The notes under the pieces were generated by a model. It ran no database searches. It was not told where the DNA came from and saw only the letters and a program-made list of their open reading frames with translations. A DNA stretch of 27,673 nt from a virus (Duplodnaviria; Caudoviricetes): positions 1 to 27,673 of IMG/VR virus record IMGVR_UViG_3300030372_003675, one strand, 5' to 3'. Both the position numbers and the translations under genes were made by a program. Shown here in pieces: positions 24,572 through 27,673 of the stretch (position 1 is the stretch's first letter; every line of letters starts with the position of its first letter).

Positions 24572-25152
24572 GTAAAAACCCATATCGAAGCATGGGATTA
24601 ACCGAAGCACTTGCTAGGCTTGTTTTTTGGATAGGCATGCTTACTGTTACTTTGCTTTTGTTTCTTGGTTGCTCAGCAGTTGAAAACATAGGCAATGGAG
24701 CGACGCAAATATCCCAATACGCTCAATCAAGCGAAGGAAGATTTGAAGCCATTGGAGAATTGTCTGAAGATCAAGAAATAAAAGAACAAGCCAAACATGG
24801 CAAAGAAGAACAACAGGGCATACTTAACACGGTTGCGACTATTCGCAAGGAACTCCCACGTGTTGAAGACAAAGCCCCAAGTTGGATGGAAATGGTGGAG
24901 CGGCTTTCGCTTGCAGGGATTCTGATAGCGATTGTAATTATCATTTGGCAAACAGGCATCGGCACCCTTTGTCGAAAGTTGCTTTATTCCATTTCATTTT
25001 TGATCCCTTCCAAAAGTAGGCGGGAAGCGGAGATGGACATAAAAGCGTTGGACAGTGAAAACTCAATGACGCTTCGTGAGGTTATAGCAAGCAAACGAGC
25101 AAGCGACCCCGCATACAACAGTGCCTACAAAAAGATAAAGGAAAAGAAATAA
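24568..25152 (+). CDS. Lipoprotein with a second TM helix (unimolecular-spanin-like topology)
   Basis: Lipobox FLGC (Cys35), ~75 aa helical region, TM LSLAGILIAIVIIIW, charged C-terminal tail. Confidence 0.5.
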   Translation: MSKNPYRSMGLTEALARLVFWIGMLTVTLLLFLGCSAVENIGNGATQISQYAQSSEGRFEAIGELSEDQEIKEQAKHGKEEQQGILNTVATIRKELPRVEDKAPSWMEMVERLSLAGILIAIVIIIWQTGIGTLCRKLLYSISFLIPSKSRREAEMDIKALDSENSMTLREVIASKRASDPAYNSAYKKIKEKK

Positions 25153-25274
25153 TGGATTTTTTAACAAACCTCTGGGACTCAACATTTGCGTTATGCGTCG
25201 GTGTTGTATTCGGCGTTCTTGTTGACCGACTTGGTGTTGTTGATTGGCTTATGGCTAAAATACTGAGGAAGTAA
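25152..25274 (+). CDS. 40-aa single-TM protein (MDFLTNLWDSTFALCVGVVFGVLVDRLGVVDWLMAKILRK); not in the ORF track
   Basis: TAATG coupling, fills the gap exactly, hydrophobic core and basic C-terminus. Confidence 0.7.
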   Translation: MDFLTNLWDSTFALCVGVVFGVLVDRLGVVDWLMAKILRK

Positions 25275-25275
25275 A

Positions 25276-26544
25276 ATGGCATCAATTGGACTAATTCACA
25301 CCACTCGGGACTCTGTTAGTGCAACCACCTCCACCTCATTTGTTGAGGTTGATGAGTCGTCGGCACTAACAAGCGGTAAAGTTTATTACGTTGTTTGCCA
25401 TGCTCTTGTAGAAGGCACAAATTCAAACCAATTATTTGAATGGCAACTCGTAGATAGAACAAACAGCGATACAACCCTGACCGGATCGCACATGATTTTG
25501 GAACCGGCTCAGGGAACCGTGACGCAGTCGTATTATTTCGTCGGCAAATTTACGGCTGGTTCCGGTGGTGGTGGATTAGCATTTGAGCAAAAAGCGGCAA
25601 GCGGATACCAAGCAAAGACTCGCTACTTGTCCATGATGATTATGGACTTGTCTGAGTTGCAAACCAGCGACTACTTCTTCAGCACCAATACATCATCGAC
25701 CGCATTGACAACAAGTTTTCAAGACTTTGCAGTAGCAAGACCAACAACTACAACAAGCGACAAGTGGCTGGTGTTTTCTTTCATTGATATTGACGTTTCA
25801 AACGTTGCTCACAATGTCGAAATGCAACTTGAGTACGAGTCAAATGTTGGCGGAGTTATTAGCACCAAGCCGCTTATGTCTTTCGAAGGCGAAGATACAA
25901 GCGAACAAAACCTCTGGGCGTTTTGTCGAGGTTACACTGTTTCAGGATCAAGTGAAGTGTTTACCGTTCAGGCAAGAGTTGACAATGCAAGCGGTTCGGG
26001 AACACATAGGAACTCATCGGTTTTTGGTTTGCGTCTTGACGCTTTTGAAGATTCTTACTTCGAATACACTGAAGGGGAAAACGATACAACATCAACAGGC
26101 TGGGTAGAACTTGACTCGAAGGCTTTTACACCAACAACGGCTGGCGATGTTCTTGTTTTTGGTACTGCTATTTTTGAAGGGGAGTCAACCACCCGCAAAT
26201 CCTACGGAAAAATGCTAGTCGGGGGTACTTCTTCTCCAAACGATCAGCCCGAATCATACCCCGCAGTAAACCATCGAGATGGAACCTCGCTCTTGCCGAT
26301 GTTTTATGTTACAAAATACTCGGGTAGTGCCGGAGTATCAGCCACCGTTGATTGGGAAGTAAGGAAAGAGTCGTCAGCAGAATATGGCTGGCAAGAATAC
26401 ACGCTGGCAATTTTTAGCACTAACATTCAAGAAACCGCTCCGATTAATTATTCGGCGGTTGCAGTATCAACCTATAATGGGGGAAGTAAGGCATCACAAA
26501 CAAATGCGGCTGGCGATATCGCAGCGGAGATTAACCCAACATGA
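25276..26544 (+). CDS. Putative virion protein with three tandem beta-sandwich-like repeats
   Basis: S/T-rich; repeated TTSTSFVEV / LTTSFQDF / TTSTGWVEL motif about every 125 aa; GAGG RBS. Confidence 0.55.
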   Translation: MASIGLIHTTRDSVSATTSTSFVEVDESSALTSGKVYYVVCHALVEGTNSNQLFEWQLVDRTNSDTTLTGSHMILEPAQGTVTQSYYFVGKFTAGSGGGGLAFEQKAASGYQAKTRYLSMMIMDLSELQTSDYFFSTNTSSTALTTSFQDFAVARPTTTTSDKWLVFSFIDIDVSNVAHNVEMQLEYESNVGGVISTKPLMSFEGEDTSEQNLWAFCRGYTVSGSSEVFTVQARVDNASGSGTHRNSSVFGLRLDAFEDSYFEYTEGENDTTSTGWVELDSKAFTPTTAGDVLVFGTAIFEGESTTRKSYGKMLVGGTSSPNDQPESYPAVNHRDGTSLLPMFYVTKYSGSAGVSATVDWEVRKESSAEYGWQEYTLAIFSTNIQETAPINYSAVAVSTYNGGSKASQTNAAGDIAAEINPT

Positions 26545-26918
26545 GCACCTCACCAACACGAGCAACAATTTACGAAGATACCGGAATAACATGCATGGCT
26601 CGGATTCTTGGAGATGATGCTGCGGCAATAACTCAGTCAACAACAAGTGCAATCACGGTCGCCGTATTCAAGAATGCAAGCACCACCGCAACCTATACGG
26701 CTTCCCTTACTGTAGCCGATGTTGTCTTTAACAGTTATCAAACCGACGCTAGGTGGGATCTTGATTCTACCGGATACAACTTCCGCTATGCGGTCATTTC
26801 CTCAGTTTTTGACGAAGGCGACGCAACATACCGAGTCGAGTTTAAGTTTACACCAACAAGCGGCTCGCAGTATTTCGTGGTGTACATGGTGGACACTGTA
26901 GAGATATTCACCTCATGA
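26541..26918 (+). CDS. Hypothetical beta-rich (Ig-like?) protein, probably virion-associated
   Basis: 125 aa; ATGA-coupled to the upstream gene; G.ATYRVEFKFT pattern. Confidence 0.55.
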   Translation: MSTSPTRATIYEDTGITCMARILGDDAAAITQSTTSAITVAVFKNASTTATYTASLTVADVVFNSYQTDARWDLDSTGYNFRYAVISSVFDEGDATYRVEFKFTPTSGSQYFVVYMVDTVEIFTS

Positions 26919-26988
26919 TTTGTTGCTCGTATTCCGTCATGGTTGTAATTTACGGCTGGGAAATATTAGACTTGTTAGGGGATTTTGG

Positions 26989-27252
26989 ATGCACATACGC
27001 TTGACATGCGACATAACGCAAGAGCAAATCGACGAGGGTTATGACTTCACGCTCTTGGCGATCCATTCACGTTTTGTTGCTTGGATTCTTACTTTGGAAC
27101 TCCCTATTGTTAGTTTTGCGATATATTGGGAGCACATGGAAGACGGAACCCCACATTTATTCGCAACGGCTGAATTAAGAAAAGACTCAGAAGTATCAAT
27201 CGACGAGCCGTTTCTTGACGAGTTGCACTTGGGCGGAAAAGAAGATGCCTGA
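26989..27252 (+). CDS. Hypothetical protein
   Basis: ATG 26989 with AGGGG RBS preferred over TTG 26920; overlaps the terS start. Confidence 0.55.
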   Translation: MHIRLTCDITQEQIDEGYDFTLLAIHSRFVAWILTLELPIVSFAIYWEHMEDGTPHLFATAELRKDSEVSIDEPFLDELHLGGKEDA

Positions 27253-27580
27253 CTTCGATGAACGAGGAAAATTTGCAAAAGGCAATAAATACAGTTTTAA
27301 AAACAAACCTGAAAACATGAACCTCAACGGAAGACCGAAGGGGCGTGGGCTTCAGGATCATTTGCGGTCAATGTTAGAGGATGAAGAAACAGGCGGTCAA
27401 CTTTGCGACGCATTAGTAAAAGCGGCGGTCGACCGAGCATTGAAAGGCGACTTTCGATTTTGGCAAGAAATCATAAACCGAATAGATGGCAAAGTGCCAA
27501 ACAGAATAGCCGACGCTGATGGGTCTTCTTTAACATTTATCTTAGACGAAGCAAAAGAGCATGACGGAAAACAAGAATGA
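27245..27580 (+). CDS. terS: Terminase small subunit
   Basis: GKFAKGN...N.NGRPKG N-terminus, RALKGD....EIINRIDGK; directly upstream of and overlapping the terL start at 27561. Confidence 0.8.
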   Translation: MPDFDERGKFAKGNKYSFKNKPENMNLNGRPKGRGLQDHLRSMLEDEETGGQLCDALVKAAVDRALKGDFRFWQEIINRIDGKVPNRIADADGSSLTFILDEAKEHDGKQE

Positions 27581-27673
27581 GCATACCCATCGACTTGAGG
27601 TTTTGCCCCAACAGTTAAAGTTTTTGCGTTCTACCGCTCGGGAAGTGTTATACAGTGGAGCCTTCGGAGCGGG
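27561..27673 (+). CDS. terL: 5' end of the terminase large subunit (continues at the window start)
   Basis: ATG ACG GAA AAC AAG AAT GAG... is in frame with 1-1305 through the terminal overlap. Confidence 0.9.
   Translation, partial: MTENKNEHTHRLEVLPQQLKFLRSTAREVLYSGAFGA
27573..27673. repeat. Terminal direct repeat copy 2
   Basis: Matches 1-101 with one mismatch at 27671. Confidence 0.97.

Noticed and set aside
314-27361. The many minus-strand ORFs and short alternative-frame + ORFs in the track
   Set aside because: They shadow well-supported + strand genes and lack RBS and recognisable motifs.
27573-27673. Terminal repeat as a physical phage DTR or att site
   Set aside because: It falls inside the terL coding sequence and has the size of an assembler overlap; best read as circular permutation.
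1-27673. CRISPR array, tRNA, rRNA, IS element, intron or intein
   Set aside because: No spaced repeats, cloverleaf, transposase or splicing motifs noticed by eye; tRNAscan-SE and cmscan would be needed to exclude small RNAs formally.

Overview
Apparently complete, circularly assembled genome (27,572 bp unique plus a 101-bp terminal overlap) of a small tailed dsDNA phage with an HK97-type head and a short non-contractile tail. Essentially all genes are on the + strand. Gene order: terS-terL (terL spans the contig junction), portal fused to a Mu gpF/SPP1 gp7-like domain, prohead protease, major capsid protein, neck and tail genes, tail chaperone with an A_AAA_AAG -1 frameshift, a short tape measure protein, a Cys-rich tail-tip module, a beta-helix adhesin, a metallophosphoesterase and a small membrane protein ending in a PEP-CTERM-like signal. 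After a 320-bp non-coding region come RecE-like nuclease, Sak3 annealase, SSB, HTH and replication genes, a PAPS-reductase-like protein, RusA, a ParB-methyltransferase, membrane/lysis genes and extra virion proteins. No integrase, CI repressor, DNA polymerase, endolysin, tRNA or CRISPR array was recognised. The most intriguing signal is a possible RNA-level switch: early genes share an AGGAAGGAA RBS, several later units look leaderless (-10 box, 6 nt, ATG), and a two-hairpin element at 22145-22217 exposes loops complementary to the first 17 nt of the first early gene (16/17) and to the GGAAGG RBS core. Family assignments come from motif recognition by eye, not database searches. A Planctomycetota (Phycisphaerae-like) host is an inference only.
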